Shown: in pieces, positions 29,668 to 40,460 of the stretch | Layout: each line of letters opens with the position of its first letter | Position numbering within the stretch: position 1 is the first letter of the stretch | Origin: Methanothrix sp. | GTDB lineage: Archaea > Halobacteriota > Methanosarcinia > Methanotrichales > Methanotrichaceae | Direction: 5' to 3' | Assembly: GCA_040770465.1 (NCBI GenBank) | Contig: JAXGJB010000003.1 | Location: forward strand, 50,421 to 114,420 | DNA length: 64,000 nucleotides | The notes under the pieces: generated by a model | The model's database searches: none | What the model was told of the DNA's origin: nothing | The model's input: only the letters and a program-made list of their open reading frames with translations | Position numbers and translations under genes: made by a program

Positions 29668-31833
29668 TCACGTGAATGAATACAATTCCAGCATCGTACT
29701 CTCACATGGTATCGTAGTTGGTATCTCACACACGTCACCGGATACGTCGCAGCCGCTGAGGACCTCTGCCTCGGTCACATTGAAGGAACCTGGTGGATCG
29801 CTCTTCAACATGTTCATTTCTAAAGATGAGGTGCAATTGGCCATGACCCAACTGTCACCATAACCGCCCATCACCTCAGCGAAGCTGATCAGTTCAGGGC
29901 AGTTGTTGTCGGTGACGTTGAGGCAGAAGGTGATGGTTGTTACGTCGCCTATCGAAAGGTGCGTAAGAGTCCATCTGGCGGAACCCTCTGTCAGATATGT
30001 AGGCCTGATCGACGAGCCAAAGAACTCGGATTCTGGCGGGAAGATGTCTCTTACATAGATCGGGCCAAGGGCTGCATTCCCATCGTTCTCCAATGTGATC
30101 GAGTATTTAGCGATGGTCACCTCAGGGAGCTGGTATAATGTGGCAGTTTTATTAATCTTCAGATGAGGCCTATCGTATTTTGGTATCCCTTTGACGAGGA
30201 TCGACATCCCAAGGGAGTATTCGCCCTCATACTGCTCATCCACTTCTGCCAGATCCCCAACGACCGATCTATATCTGGCCACGCCCGAGAAGTTCGCCTC
30301 GGTCACCATCTCGTTAAGGCCCCTGGCCACCGTCTCCTTGTCTAGCTTGGTAGCGCCGGTGTACTCCTCGCCGATGAAGCTCAATCCACTATTTCTTGAG
30401 TAAATGCCCTCTTTCCAGGCCGTCGATTGATTGAGGACGAAATCGTCGGTCAGGCTCAAGTTTACGGGAGCGTATACGAGGCTTAAGTCCTTGGCGATGT
30501 AGTTTGTGTGAGTTCTTATCAGCTCCTCCGATTCGTAGGTGCCGGTGCCGTATTCGTATGTTCTCTGAGAATCTCTGACCTTTTTATCTTCAGAGGCGAA
30601 TCCAGATCCTGAAACCGATTTATCGGAGTCGACGCTGTAAAAATCGTTGATGTAGAGATATTCTCCATAGCAGCTGTACTCGTCGATCCTCTCTTGAACT
30701 CTGAAGCTTCCGACGTAATCTTCTCTGGACTCGAAGTTCTGAGAACTTTGAATTGCATCGGGTGAAGGAGACGTTCTGAGAAATCCGATGTGGCCCATCC
30801 CCTCGAACTCGGAATCGATCTCTATGACAGACCCATTAACGTCGAGCTCCATCCGAGATTCTCTATCGATAGAGGCGGCGTGCCGATAGGACTCGCTCAT
30901 TGAAGCTCCAGTCACTCGATTCTTGGCGCAGGCCTCTCCAGTCCATCGCGAGCTGAAGCTCAACGTCCTGTTGTTGTAGAGGGCTATCGAAGTCGGTTCG
31001 AAGGTCGAAGATGCGTCTTTGTCCATTTTGATGGAGCTGTTATCCGATTTCAACGAAATCAGCTCTTCGCTCTCATATATTCCGCTTCCGTGTTCCTTGG
31101 TGGCGAGATCGGCATTCAGCCCCGCCACAACAGTCACGATTGCACAGTTTGAGATCGTCGGCGTCTCGTCGGAAGAGACGTAAACAAAATTCTCGATGAC
31201 ATAGGGCTCGAAGGTTGAGGAGTAATCGTTGTCGACTTTGACGAACCCCGACCCGGAAACTCCCTCGTCCATGCCGAACTCGAGTTCCTTCCTTACGGGG
31301 ACCTTCACGACATAGGAGATATTCAGAGATCTGCCGCTGGCCAGCGAATCGAAGCACCAGGTATAGCCAGGCTCGGGTTCGGGATGAGCACATACGAACT
31401 CAACGCTACATTGATCACCATCTATCTGGAAGACGTCCCTCACCTGGACGTTGTGGACAGCGACTTCGCCGACGTTCTTAATCTCGATAATGTACTCGAT
31501 TTCCTCTCCATCAGCGGTCAAATTCTTGGATGCGGTCTTTTTTACCGTCAAGTTGGCGGAGGGGCATTCCTCCACAGACGAAGGGGCCAAAGGCTGGCGA
31601 TTCTGCGAATTTTCGTCGGAGCTTTGTGTGGCGTTATCAAATTCTGAAACGATTGAGGTCGTAGGGTCGAATTCGTGATCCTCTACAGAATCGTTTGTGG
31701 CCAGAGCAGACCCTAATCCTATGAGCAAAAAGCAAGCCAAGGCCAGCCCAGGCAGCAAATAGCTCTTGAGACGGAACCGATTGTGCAAGATCTCCCTCCA
31801 ATACCGATTGACTTTTGACAGAATGCATCTCAT
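29668..31833 (-). CDS. Large secreted protein with DUF11-like Ig domains
   Basis: Two LxVxKTA...YxIxIxNxG...VxD domains; hydrophobic N-terminal segment. Confidence 0.7.
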   Translation of the reverse strand: MRCILSKVNRYWREILHNRFRLKSYLLPGLALACFLLIGLGSALATNDSVEDHEFDPTTSIVSEFDNATQSSDENSQNRQPLAPSSVEECPSANLTVKKTASKNLTADGEEIEYIIEIKNVGEVAVHNVQVRDVFQIDGDQCSVEFVCAHPEPEPGYTWCFDSLASGRSLNISYVVKVPVRKELEFGMDEGVSGSGFVKVDNDYSSTFEPYVIENFVYVSSDETPTISNCAIVTVVAGLNADLATKEHGSGIYESEELISLKSDNSSIKMDKDASSTFEPTSIALYNNRTLSFSSRWTGEACAKNRVTGASMSESYRHAASIDRESRMELDVNGSVIEIDSEFEGMGHIGFLRTSPSPDAIQSSQNFESREDYVGSFRVQERIDEYSCYGEYLYINDFYSVDSDKSVSGSGFASEDKKVRDSQRTYEYGTGTYESEELIRTHTNYIAKDLSLVYAPVNLSLTDDFVLNQSTAWKEGIYSRNSGLSFIGEEYTGATKLDKETVARGLNEMVTEANFSGVARYRSVVGDLAEVDEQYEGEYSLGMSILVKGIPKYDRPHLKINKTATLYQLPEVTIAKYSITLENDGNAALGPIYVRDIFPPESEFFGSSIRPTYLTEGSARWTLTHLSIGDVTTITFCLNVTDNNCPELISFAEVMGGYGDSWVMANCTSSLEMNMLKSDPPGSFNVTEAEVLSGCDVSGDVCEIPTTIPCESTMLELYSFT

Positions 31834-32040
31834 AGATAATGTTTTGCTGATTACAACTCTGCCAAGATGAAATTATTCTTTAATCGATGAAAATTTAATC
31901 TAATTTAAAAATAAAATACTCGGCCAACAAATCTCCATAGCTGGTGATTCATGGGCGGATTCTGGATATAAGTGAGCGGCCCCGTAGCAGCAGTGGTTCT
32001 TTCAGTGGATCTCACCCCCCTCCCCCCACACACCAGCGCC

Positions 32041-35000
32041 TCAGTCTCTCAACCTCACCCCCGTGACGATGGCCTCATCAGCCTCGGAATCTCGCCCGAG
32101 AGCCCTGAGGGCGATCCCCTTGTTGATCCAGGCGTCCGACAGCTCCGGGTCCAGCTCCAGGGCTCGCTCATAAAGCTCCAGAGCCCCGGTGTAGTTGCCC
32201 GATAGGTAGAGCATCCATCCCTCGTCGTTCAGAGCCTCGGCGTCGGAAAGCCCCAGCTCCCTGGACTTGTTTAGGGCTTCTGACGCCTCCGAATGGCGGC
32301 CGAGCGCCTGAAGGGAGAAGTACTTGCAGTGCCATGCGTCTGGGTCCGACTGGTTCAGTTCGATGCATTCGTTGTAGGAGGCAAGAGCGTCATCATATTC
32401 TCCCAGAGCATAGAAGGCGTCGCCTTTATCTCTCCAAACATCTTCATCTTTTGGATCTTGGTCGATTGCGTTGTCATATGCATCGATAGATTCGCTGTAA
32501 TTACCAGCGAGTAGGCTGGTAAGGCCTTTGTTGTTCCAGGCACGTCTATACTCGTGATCCAGCCTGATAGCTTCTTCGTAGGCATGGATGGCGGCGTAAT
32601 AGTTTCCTTGATACTCAAGAGCGACGCCCTTGTTATTCCAGAAATCGGCATCCTCGGGATCCAGCCTGATGGCTTCGTTGAAGGCTTGGATCGCCTCGGT
32701 GAAGTTGCCACCATCTAATAGCGTACACCCTTTATTATACCAGATATCGGCGTTATCAGGATCCAGCTCGATGGCCTCATCGTAAGCCTGGATGGCCTCG
32801 GTGTAGTTGCCCAGATGACTGAGAGCATTCCCTTTGTTGGACCAGACATCGGCATCCTCGGCGTCCAATCGGATGGCTTCGTCGTAAGCCTTTGCGGCTT
32901 CGTCATACTTGCCAAGGTTCTTGAGAGCTAAGCCTTTGTTGTTCCAAGCCCACGTAAATTCGGGATCCAACCTAATAGCTTCGTCATAAGCCTGAATAGC
33001 TCCGGAATAATCTCCCTTATCAGCCAATACTAGACCTTTGCCATTCCATGGGTTTGCCCATACCGGATCTAATCTGATGGCCTCGTCGAAACATCTCATG
33101 GCTCCGGTGTTATTGCCCAACGAATAGAGACCCCAGCCTTTGTTGTTCCATGGAGCTGCCCAGTCCGGATCGATCCTGATAGCTTGGTCGTAGCATTGGA
33201 TGGCTTCGGTGAAGTTCTCCAAATCGTAGAGCACATCGCCTTTGTTATTCCAAGGATTTGCCCAATCTGGATCTAGCCTGATGGCCTCGTCGTAAGCCTG
33301 GATGGCCTCGGTGTAGTTGCCCATACGAGACAGTGCTAAGCCTTTTCCGTTCCATGGAGTTGCCCACTCCGGATCTAATCTGATGGCTTCGTCGCAAGCT
33401 TCGATGGCTTCGGTATAATTGCCCAAATCCGCTAGTACAAATCCCTTATTATTCCATGGATTTGCCCACTCCGGATCTAGCCTGATGGCCTCATCGTAAG
33501 CTTTGATGGAGTCGGTGTAGTTGCCTATATGAGACAGTGCTAAGCCTTTCCCGTTCCATGGAGTTGCCCATTCTGGATCTAACCATATGGCTTGGTTGTA
33601 AGCTTCGATGGCTTCGGTATAATTGCCCAAATCCGCCAATGCGAAGCCCTTATTCTTCCATGGAGTCGCCCATTCCGGATCTAACCTGATGGCCTCATTG
33701 TAGCATTGGATGGCTTCGGTATAATTGCCCAGATCATCGAGAACATCTCCTTTGTTGTTCCAGGCAGTGGAATACTCGGGATCTAGCCTGAGGGACTCGT
33801 CGAAAGCCTGTATGGCCTCGGAATAGTTGCCTTGTTCATGGAGAGCAATGCCTTTGCTCATCCAGGCGTTGGCATATTCGGGATCGATGCGGATGGCCTC
33901 ATCGTAAGCTCTGATGGCTTCGGTGTAGTTTTCTAGCGAGTATAGGGCCCAGCCTTTGCCCGTCCAGGCCATGGCAGACTCAGGATCTAGCCTGATGGCT
34001 TCGTCATAGGCCTGGATCGCTTCGTCGTACTTGCCTTGATTATAGAGAGCAATGCCTTTGTCATACCAGGCTATGACAAACTCAGGATCGAGCCTGATGG
34101 CTTCGTCAAACGCTTGGATCGCCTCGTCGTACTTGCCCTGCATTATGAGAGCGGCACCTTTGCCAAACCAGGGACTGGCATATTCAGGATCTAGGCGTAT
34201 GGCTTCGTCACATGCCTGGATTGCTTCGTCGTACCTGCCCTGACCATAGAGAGCAATGCCTTTGCGATTCCAGGCTTCGGCATACTCGGGATCGAGCCTG
34301 GTGGCTTCGTCAAACGCTTGGATCGCCTCGTCGTACTTGCCCTGCATTATGAGAGCTTTGCCTTTGTTATGCCAGACCTCGGCATCTTCGGGATCGATGC
34401 GGATGGCCTCATCGTAAGCCTTGATGGACTCTGTGTAGTTTTCCAACGAGTATAGAGCCAAGCCTTTGTTATTCCAAGCATTAACATATTCAGGATCCAG
34501 CTTGATGGCCACATCGTAGCATCTGATGGCTTCTGTGTAGTTGCCCAGGTAGTCGAGAGCACTTCCTTTCCCATTCCAGGCATGGGCGTACTCGGGATCG
34601 ATCCTGATGGTCTCATTGTAACATGCGATGGCCTCAGAGTAGTTGCCCAAATTCCTGAGAGCCAGGCCTTTGTTGTTCCAAGGATGGACGAATTCAGGAT
34701 CTAGCCTGATGGCCTCGTCGTAGCAGAGGATGGCCCCAGTGTAGTTTCTCTGGCCATAGAGAGCATTTCCTTTGCCATTCCAGGCGTGGACATATTCGGG
34801 ATCGATCCTGATGGCCTCATCGTAGCATTTTATGGCTTCAGTGTAGTTGCCCAGATCATCGAGAGCATCGCCTTTGTTGTTCCATGCATGGACGTACTCG
34901 GGATTTATCCTGATGGCTTCATCGTAAACTTGGATCGCTTCAGTGTAGTTTTCCTGATCTGCGAGAGCGAGGCCTTTGTTATTCCAAGCATTAACATATT

Positions 35001-35919
35001 CAGGATCGAGACGGATAGCCTCATCGTAGCATTCGATGGCTTCGGTGTAGTTTCCCAACGAGTATAGAGCCCTGCCTTTGTTATTCCATGCATCTACATA
35101 TTCAGGATCCAGCTTGATGGCCTCATCATAGCACAGAATAGCCTCGTCGTAGTTGCCCAGGTTATAGAAAGCCAGGCCTTTGTTGTACCAGATCCACGCA
35201 AATTCGGGAGCAAGCTCGATGGCCACATCGTAGCATCTGATGGCTTCTGTGTAGTTGCCCAGGTAGTCGAGAGCACTTCCTTTCCCATTCCAGGCATAGG
35301 CGTACTCGGGATCGATCCCGATGGCCTCGTCATATGCCTGTATCGCCTCGGTGTAGTTGCCCATATGAGACAGTGCTAATCCCTTCCCATTCCATGGAGT
35401 TGCCCATTCTGGATCTAATCTTATGGCTTCATCGTAAGCTTCGATAGCTTCAGTATAATTGCCCAAATCAGCAAGTGCAAAACCCTTGTTATTCCATGGA
35501 GCTGCCAACTCCGGATCTAGCCTGATGGCCTCATCGTAACATCTGATGGCTTCTGTGTAGTTTCCCAGATCTGCCAGAGCCAGGCCTTTGTTGTTCCAGG
35601 GCCACGCGAATTCTGGAGCAAGCTCGATGGCCTCGTCGTAACATCTTATGGCCTCATCGTACTTTCCCTGGGTGTACAGCTCCCACCCCTTCTCGTTCCA
35701 ATCCGCTGCCAGAACAAACTCGGGATTCTGTGAGGTGACTTCTCCGTAGGTCTTCATGACTTCAGCGAATTCGCTCATCTCATCAGGTGAAATTGCTTCA
35801 GCGAATTCGCTCATGTCATAGGGTGGAATGGTTTCGTAGAACAGCTCCTCTCCGGTCTGCTGACCATGCACTGATCCCATGATGATCAAAAGGACCGCAG
35901 GAACGAGAATTAGCTTCAT
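32041..35919 (-). CDS. Giant secreted tetratricopeptide-repeat protein (about 35 TPRs)
   Basis: 34-aa repeats WNNKG.AL..LGNY.EAI..YDEAIRLDP; signal peptide. Confidence 0.95.
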   Translation of the reverse strand: MKLILVPAVLLIIMGSVHGQQTGEELFYETIPPYDMSEFAEAISPDEMSEFAEVMKTYGEVTSQNPEFVLAADWNEKGWELYTQGKYDEAIRCYDEAIELAPEFAWPWNNKGLALADLGNYTEAIRCYDEAIRLDPELAAPWNNKGFALADLGNYTEAIEAYDEAIRLDPEWATPWNGKGLALSHMGNYTEAIQAYDEAIGIDPEYAYAWNGKGSALDYLGNYTEAIRCYDVAIELAPEFAWIWYNKGLAFYNLGNYDEAILCYDEAIKLDPEYVDAWNNKGRALYSLGNYTEAIECYDEAIRLDPEYVNAWNNKGLALADQENYTEAIQVYDEAIRINPEYVHAWNNKGDALDDLGNYTEAIKCYDEAIRIDPEYVHAWNGKGNALYGQRNYTGAILCYDEAIRLDPEFVHPWNNKGLALRNLGNYSEAIACYNETIRIDPEYAHAWNGKGSALDYLGNYTEAIRCYDVAIKLDPEYVNAWNNKGLALYSLENYTESIKAYDEAIRIDPEDAEVWHNKGKALIMQGKYDEAIQAFDEATRLDPEYAEAWNRKGIALYGQGRYDEAIQACDEAIRLDPEYASPWFGKGAALIMQGKYDEAIQAFDEAIRLDPEFVIAWYDKGIALYNQGKYDEAIQAYDEAIRLDPESAMAWTGKGWALYSLENYTEAIRAYDEAIRIDPEYANAWMSKGIALHEQGNYSEAIQAFDESLRLDPEYSTAWNNKGDVLDDLGNYTEAIQCYNEAIRLDPEWATPWKNKGFALADLGNYTEAIEAYNQAIWLDPEWATPWNGKGLALSHIGNYTDSIKAYDEAIRLDPEWANPWNNKGFVLADLGNYTEAIEACDEAIRLDPEWATPWNGKGLALSRMGNYTEAIQAYDEAIRLDPDWANPWNNKGDVLYDLENFTEAIQCYDQAIRIDPDWAAPWNNKGWGLYSLGNNTGAMRCFDEAIRLDPVWANPWNGKGLVLADKGDYSGAIQAYDEAIRLDPEFTWAWNNKGLALKNLGKYDEAAKAYDEAIRLDAEDADVWSNKGNALSHLGNYTEAIQAYDEAIELDPDNADIWYNKGCTLLDGGNFTEAIQAFNEAIRLDPEDADFWNNKGVALEYQGNYYAAIHAYEEAIRLDHEYRRAWNNKGLTSLLAGNYSESIDAYDNAIDQDPKDEDVWRDKGDAFYALGEYDDALASYNECIELNQSDPDAWHCKYFSLQALGRHSEASEALNKSRELGLSDAEALNDEGWMLYLSGNYTGALELYERALELDPELSDAWINKGIALRALGRDSEADEAIVTGVRLRD

Positions 35920-36214
35920 AGATCTAAGAGCGTTCTGCGAGGATAAAAATTTATGGATGATATGTGCAGGGCCGCGTATTCACCATCCTCACCGATTGAA
36001 GATGATCACCCCTAATAATCTTGGCCCACCGAATTGCAGCCTTTGTGATGTCGATCCGCCAAGGGGCTTTCGCCAGCGACCTGGAGTTTATTCTGTTCTT
36101 GGGGATATCGTGAGCGAGAGCGTCTGATTACAAGGTTGGAAAGTTAAGTATATACCCCTTCGGAGCCGAAAAGACCTGGGGAAGACTGAAGATGTTCAGG
36201 ATGGAGGACGAGAT

Positions 36215-37480
36215 ATGACCGGCCCTTTCGATCGCTTATTTGAGGCTCTCATGACCGCCGCCGAGAGGGCGGACGATCTCTTCGGCAGGAGGCGGTCGAG
36301 GACTGGCTTGCTGGTGTTTCTGGCGCTTCTGGCGGCCTTGCTTTTGATATACGCTCTGTCGCCGGGTCCCGGGGTCCCAATGACCCCCTGCCCCCCGGAC
36401 AACATCACCGGGATCGGGCTATCGCCTTCCCTCTGGTGGGTCGGCAGCGGCGCCCGAACGCCTCCCATCTCAAAGGTGGGGCTCGACCCCAACTCGGAGA
36501 TCAGCTACCAGGTCCTCTTGGGGGCAGCGGGCGAGGAGATGCAGGCGGTGGGGACGGTCCGCGGTGGCGGCGGAGGGTCCGAGAACTTGTTCGTCAATAC
36601 GACGGCGCCCCTCGCCCCCGGAACCGTCTACCGCTGGCAGGTGGTGGCCGAGAACGCCATAGGAAAGAGGGCAGAGGGCGATGTCTGGACCTTCAGCACC
36701 CGGTCCCTCCCCGAGATCGAGAGCTTCGAAGCCGACAGGTCGGCCGTGGATCTGGGCGAGCCGGTAACCCTCCGATGGTCCGTCGCCAACGCGGGCGAGG
36801 CGGAGATCGAGCCGGGGGTCGGAGCCGTCCCCCTCCAGGGCGAGATGAGTTTGGCGCCACAGGAGAACGTCACCTACACCCTCACCGCCACGAACTTCGC
36901 CGGGACGGAGCAGGCAACCGTCGAGGTTGTGGTCTTCAAGCCCCTTCTCATCGACTCGATGGCCGGGGGCTGGAGCACTATCGAGGACAGGGGGGGATCA
37001 GTGGTCAGGGTGATGGAATCTGTTCTCGGGGTCGAGGACAACGCCACCAGGATATCCTACGACTTAGTTCCGAATGGATGGGTCGGGATCACCAAGTCCT
37101 TCTCGGCCATCGATGGGAACGGGAGCCTCAACCTAGCCGGGACCGACGGGATCTCCTTCTTCGCCCGGGGGGGCGGCGCCGCCATCGCCCTGGAGCTCCG
37201 GCTGGAGGACTCGAGCGGGACGATCAGCAAATTCACCTGGGCTGAGATGACCGCCTCTTCGGACTGGAAGAAGCTGGAGGCGGGATACCAGGAGTTCGGG
37301 TGCAAGGCGGCCGATGGGAGCGGATGTGGAGAAAGAGCCTTCGACCTCGGCAACGTGACCTCTGTCATCGTCATCATCTCCGACCGGGAGAGGCGCGAGT
37401 TTGGAAGCTCCGGCTGGTTCTCCATAGACGACCTGCAGGCCTTCCACCAGCGGGACGGCGAATCCGGAGCAGAAGGATGA
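36215..37480 (+). CDS. Membrane-anchored protein with Fn3/Ig-like and CBM11-like carbohydrate-binding domains
   Basis: N-terminal TM; YRWQVVA...GDVWTF; LAGTDGISF...IDDL. Confidence 0.6.
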   Translation: MTGPFDRLFEALMTAAERADDLFGRRRSRTGLLVFLALLAALLLIYALSPGPGVPMTPCPPDNITGIGLSPSLWWVGSGARTPPISKVGLDPNSEISYQVLLGAAGEEMQAVGTVRGGGGGSENLFVNTTAPLAPGTVYRWQVVAENAIGKRAEGDVWTFSTRSLPEIESFEADRSAVDLGEPVTLRWSVANAGEAEIEPGVGAVPLQGEMSLAPQENVTYTLTATNFAGTEQATVEVVVFKPLLIDSMAGGWSTIEDRGGSVVRVMESVLGVEDNATRISYDLVPNGWVGITKSFSAIDGNGSLNLAGTDGISFFARGGGAAIALELRLEDSSGTISKFTWAEMTASSDWKKLEAGYQEFGCKAADGSGCGERAFDLGNVTSVIVIISDRERREFGSSGWFSIDDLQAFHQRDGESGAEG

Positions 37481-37536
37481 GATAGCTGAAGTGGCGTTGA
37501 GGCGGTGCTGAGGAGGCCTCGCCTCTCTTTTCTCCG

Positions 37537-38097
37537 CTATTCCCTCTGCTCCTCCTTCCCGTCTGCCGATCCCTCCGCCAGGGACTCGGCAAATTTGAAG
37601 TAGCCGCAGACGGGCTTACCCAGAAGGACGATCCTGGCCCGGATCTCTTCTCCCTCGACCTCGATCTCCGCCGCCGCCGGTGGCGAGAGGCGGGGCTCGG
37701 TGGGGCTTCCCGGAGAGACGAGGAGGTGTGGACCCTCCTCCACCAGGGGCCGGTGAATGTGGCCGAAGACCAGGGCGTCCACCTCCATCTCTCTTGCCAA
37801 AAAGTCGGCTCCGGTGAGGTCGCGAGAGTGGGCGGCCCGGTGGACGAGGCCGATTCTCATCCCCTCCACCTCGACGATCCTCCTCTCGGGAAGAGCGGCC
37901 TTCAACACTGGTTGGTCGGAGTTGCCACAGACCGCCTCTACGGGGGCGAGGTCAGAGAAGGCCTCGTAGACCTCGAGGCTGACGAAGTCTCCGGCGTGAA
38001 GGAGGAGGTCGGCTCCCTCCACTAGATCGATCAGGTTCGCAGGGATCTCAGATCCGAACTCGAGATGAGTGTCGGAGATGGCGACGATCCGTCTCAT
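37537..38097 (-). CDS. YfcE/MJ0936-family metallophosphoesterase
   Basis: ISDTH, HAGD, GNSD, GHIH, PGSP. Confidence 0.92.
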   Translation of the reverse strand: MRRIVAISDTHLEFGSEIPANLIDLVEGADLLLHAGDFVSLEVYEAFSDLAPVEAVCGNSDQPVLKAALPERRIVEVEGMRIGLVHRAAHSRDLTGADFLAREMEVDALVFGHIHRPLVEEGPHLLVSPGSPTEPRLSPPAAAEIEVEGEEIRARIVLLGKPVCGYFKFAESLAEGSADGKEEQRE

Positions 38098-39287
38098 GCG
38101 TGAAGCCTTTTCATCCCCGCTTCTTCGATCCCCAGAAACTCGGCTCCGACGGCGACGACGCTGTTGGTGAATATCGATGCGTTGATCTCGAATATCGGGT
38201 ACCGATACATGCTGTATTCAGAGACGAGCCAGCTTGTGGTCCTCCGGCTCCCGCATATCTGGTCCATATACTCTTCGGCGACCGGAACGAAGGCGATCTC
38301 CTCATCGCGCCCCTTCTCCGCCATCAGCTCCACCAGCTCCGACGATGGGTTTGTGGTTATCGGCAGAACGTCCGCCCCTCTCTTGAAGGCGCTTTTCACC
38401 CCTTCCAGGCACTCGTAGGTGTTCCCGCTCCCGGTTATCGGCACGTAGACGTCGCCTATCTGAAAGCTGGGGGTGTTGAAGTCCCTCTCCCAGTAGCTCG
38501 TCTTGTTGAGGTGGGTGAACCTCATCTCGAAGGCCCTGGCCACAAGCCCCGACCTGCCCACGCCGCCTATGATGTACCTCCCGCTCCGGGGAAAGAGCCT
38601 CTCAAACCATCGGGATAGCCTCTCCTCATCATCCACATGGGAGATGAGCCTGCACTGGCCTGCAAAATCCCTTATGGTGGAGAGGTAGCTCTCACAGGAG
38701 TCGTTTCTCTCGCCATCGATCCTCCCCTGGATCTCCTTGAAGACCGCGTTCAGAAAGGCGAGGACCTCAAGCTCGAACTCGGTTCCCATGGGCGAGAGCT
38801 TGGAGGTCCTTGTCACGTCCTCGTCGTACTTCGTCTTCCCCTTGATCACCAGGACCGACCCGTTCTCGTAGCTCTCCACAAGCCGGTGGGCAGTCCCCTC
38901 CTCGTTGGCGGTGATCAGCCTGATCTCCCCGCCCTGGTCTATTATGTCCTCGATGTACTTGTTCACCGCTGGGGTCTCGCCTGACCCCGAGACCGCGATC
39001 CCCATGTTCCTCCTGGTATTCCGGAAGTGTTTCTGGACCGGATCCTCCATGGTGCAGGGGAAGGCGTTGAAGTGGTTGTAAAGGAGCTGGAGAAAGCTGT
39101 AGAGGGAGAGGGCGCTCCTCCCGGCCGCGAGGCCGTAGACGAAGTTATTCTCGTCCTTCGGCCTCAAAAACGACGCCAGCGAGTCGGCGAAGGCGTTTAC
39201 GCTCTCCAGGTCGAGCTTGCCCAGCTTCTCTATAAACGAGCACTGGAGGGCGGTTGCATCTTTGTAAGTGTCGATCAGACCTGCCAT
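38094..39287 (-). CDS. Tandem SIS-domain protein, 6-phospho-3-hexuloisomerase (PHI/HxlB)-like
   Basis: Two SIS units: AGRS..SGSGET..PMGTEFE and VGRSG..MRFTHL..TGSGNT. Confidence 0.72.
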   Translation of the reverse strand: MAGLIDTYKDATALQCSFIEKLGKLDLESVNAFADSLASFLRPKDENNFVYGLAAGRSALSLYSFLQLLYNHFNAFPCTMEDPVQKHFRNTRRNMGIAVSGSGETPAVNKYIEDIIDQGGEIRLITANEEGTAHRLVESYENGSVLVIKGKTKYDEDVTRTSKLSPMGTEFELEVLAFLNAVFKEIQGRIDGERNDSCESYLSTIRDFAGQCRLISHVDDEERLSRWFERLFPRSGRYIIGGVGRSGLVARAFEMRFTHLNKTSYWERDFNTPSFQIGDVYVPITGSGNTYECLEGVKSAFKRGADVLPITTNPSSELVELMAEKGRDEEIAFVPVAEEYMDQICGSRRTTSWLVSEYSMYRYPIFEINASIFTNSVVAVGAEFLGIEEAGMKRLHA

Positions 39288-39389
39288 ACAAGAGAAAAAG
39301 TCAGGAGAGGGGAAGATAATAAGCCTTTGCCCAAACCTTCGCCTGAGCGAAAGCCCCACCAGATCTCTGGGCCCTTCCTCTCGTTCCTC

Positions 39390-40460
39390 TCAGCTAATGA
39401 TCTCCGATAATCTCCCCTGGTCTCTTGCGAGGTCGATCTCCTGGGCGATCCGCTTGCCGTTGGAGAGGTCCTTCTCGATCAGGTCGGAGTAGGGGGAGCC
39501 GCTGATGAAGACGTTGGTTCCGGCGACGATCCGCGCCGAGATCTCGAAGACCTTGAACTTCAGGTCGTCGGTGACGATCGTCTCAAGACAGAAGGGGCCT
39601 ATCATCCCGCCGAATAGATCGAGTGAGGCCTCGACGACCCTCTCCCCCAGCTCGAAGGCTTTCGGGAGGAGCGATTCCCTCAGGACGAGGGGGATGTTTC
39701 CGGTGACGACGAAGCTCGGGAATATCCCGGCAGCTTCCAGCTCGTCCATCGAGCCTATCCTGAATATCTCGTCGGCGTTGCTCTCGACCCTCCGGTCTAT
39801 CCCCAGCATCTCCAGGGTCCCCTTGCTGAGGGTGTACCCGGCGGACCGGATGGGCGAGTAGAAGTAGTGGATGTAGTAACGTGTTCCCAGGATGAACTCC
39901 TGGATGGTGTGCTTTTGGGTGGCGTCTACCTTGCTCAGGTATTCGCCCTTGCTCTTGGATATGAAAAAGCCCTTCCCACCCTTGGCGCCGTGATACTTGA
40001 CGATAACGGGGCGGTCGATCTCCTCGGGGGTCGCAAACCTCCGCGGAAGGTCGATTCCGGCCTTGAGGAGCCATTCCCTCTCCATCTCCCGGTCGCTCTC
40101 CCAGGCGAGGGACCTCCGGTTCCCGAAGGTCGGAACCGGCATGTTCTCGAACTTCTCGGCTCCCAGGTACTCCACCAGCGAGCCGTGAGGTACCACTATG
40201 GCGTTCTCCTCCACGAGCCGGTCGCTCTCCTCGAGGAGGGCGGCGTAGCTGTCCAGGCTCAGGAAGGCGTCGGGCTTGGCCAGGGGGAAGGCGTCGTAGA
40301 ACTTCGGCGGCCGGCCCAGGCATATTCCCAGGGTCTTGAACCCCTCCTTCCGAGCCCCATGAAATATCTGGAGGCTGCTATGAGAACATACTGTGGCAAT
40401 AGTTAACTCTTTTAACTCATAGTCATCCAAAATTTCTTGTATTTTGCTCTTATCTATCAT
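39390..40460 (-). CDS. purP: FAICAR synthetase (formate--phosphoribosylaminoimidazolecarboxamide ligase)
   Basis: CSHSSLQI, GAKGGKG, VVTGN, FEISARIVAGTN. Confidence 0.93.
   Translation of the reverse strand: MIDKSKIQEILDDYELKELTIATVCSHSSLQIFHGARKEGFKTLGICLGRPPKFYDAFPLAKPDAFLSLDSYAALLEESDRLVEENAIVVPHGSLVEYLGAEKFENMPVPTFGNRRSLAWESDREMEREWLLKAGIDLPRRFATPEEIDRPVIVKYHGAKGGKGFFISKSKGEYLSKVDATQKHTIQEFILGTRYYIHYFYSPIRSAGYTLSKGTLEMLGIDRRVESNADEIFRIGSMDELEAAGIFPSFVVTGNIPLVLRESLLPKAFELGERVVEASLDLFGGMIGPFCLETIVTDDLKFKVFEISARIVAGTNVFISGSPYSDLIEKDLSNGKRIAQEIDLARDQGRLSEIIS

Noticed and set aside
32041-35919. TPR near-identical segments as a DGR template/variable pair
   Set aside because: No reverse transcriptase in the window; both copies are coding within one ORF with only isolated mismatches.
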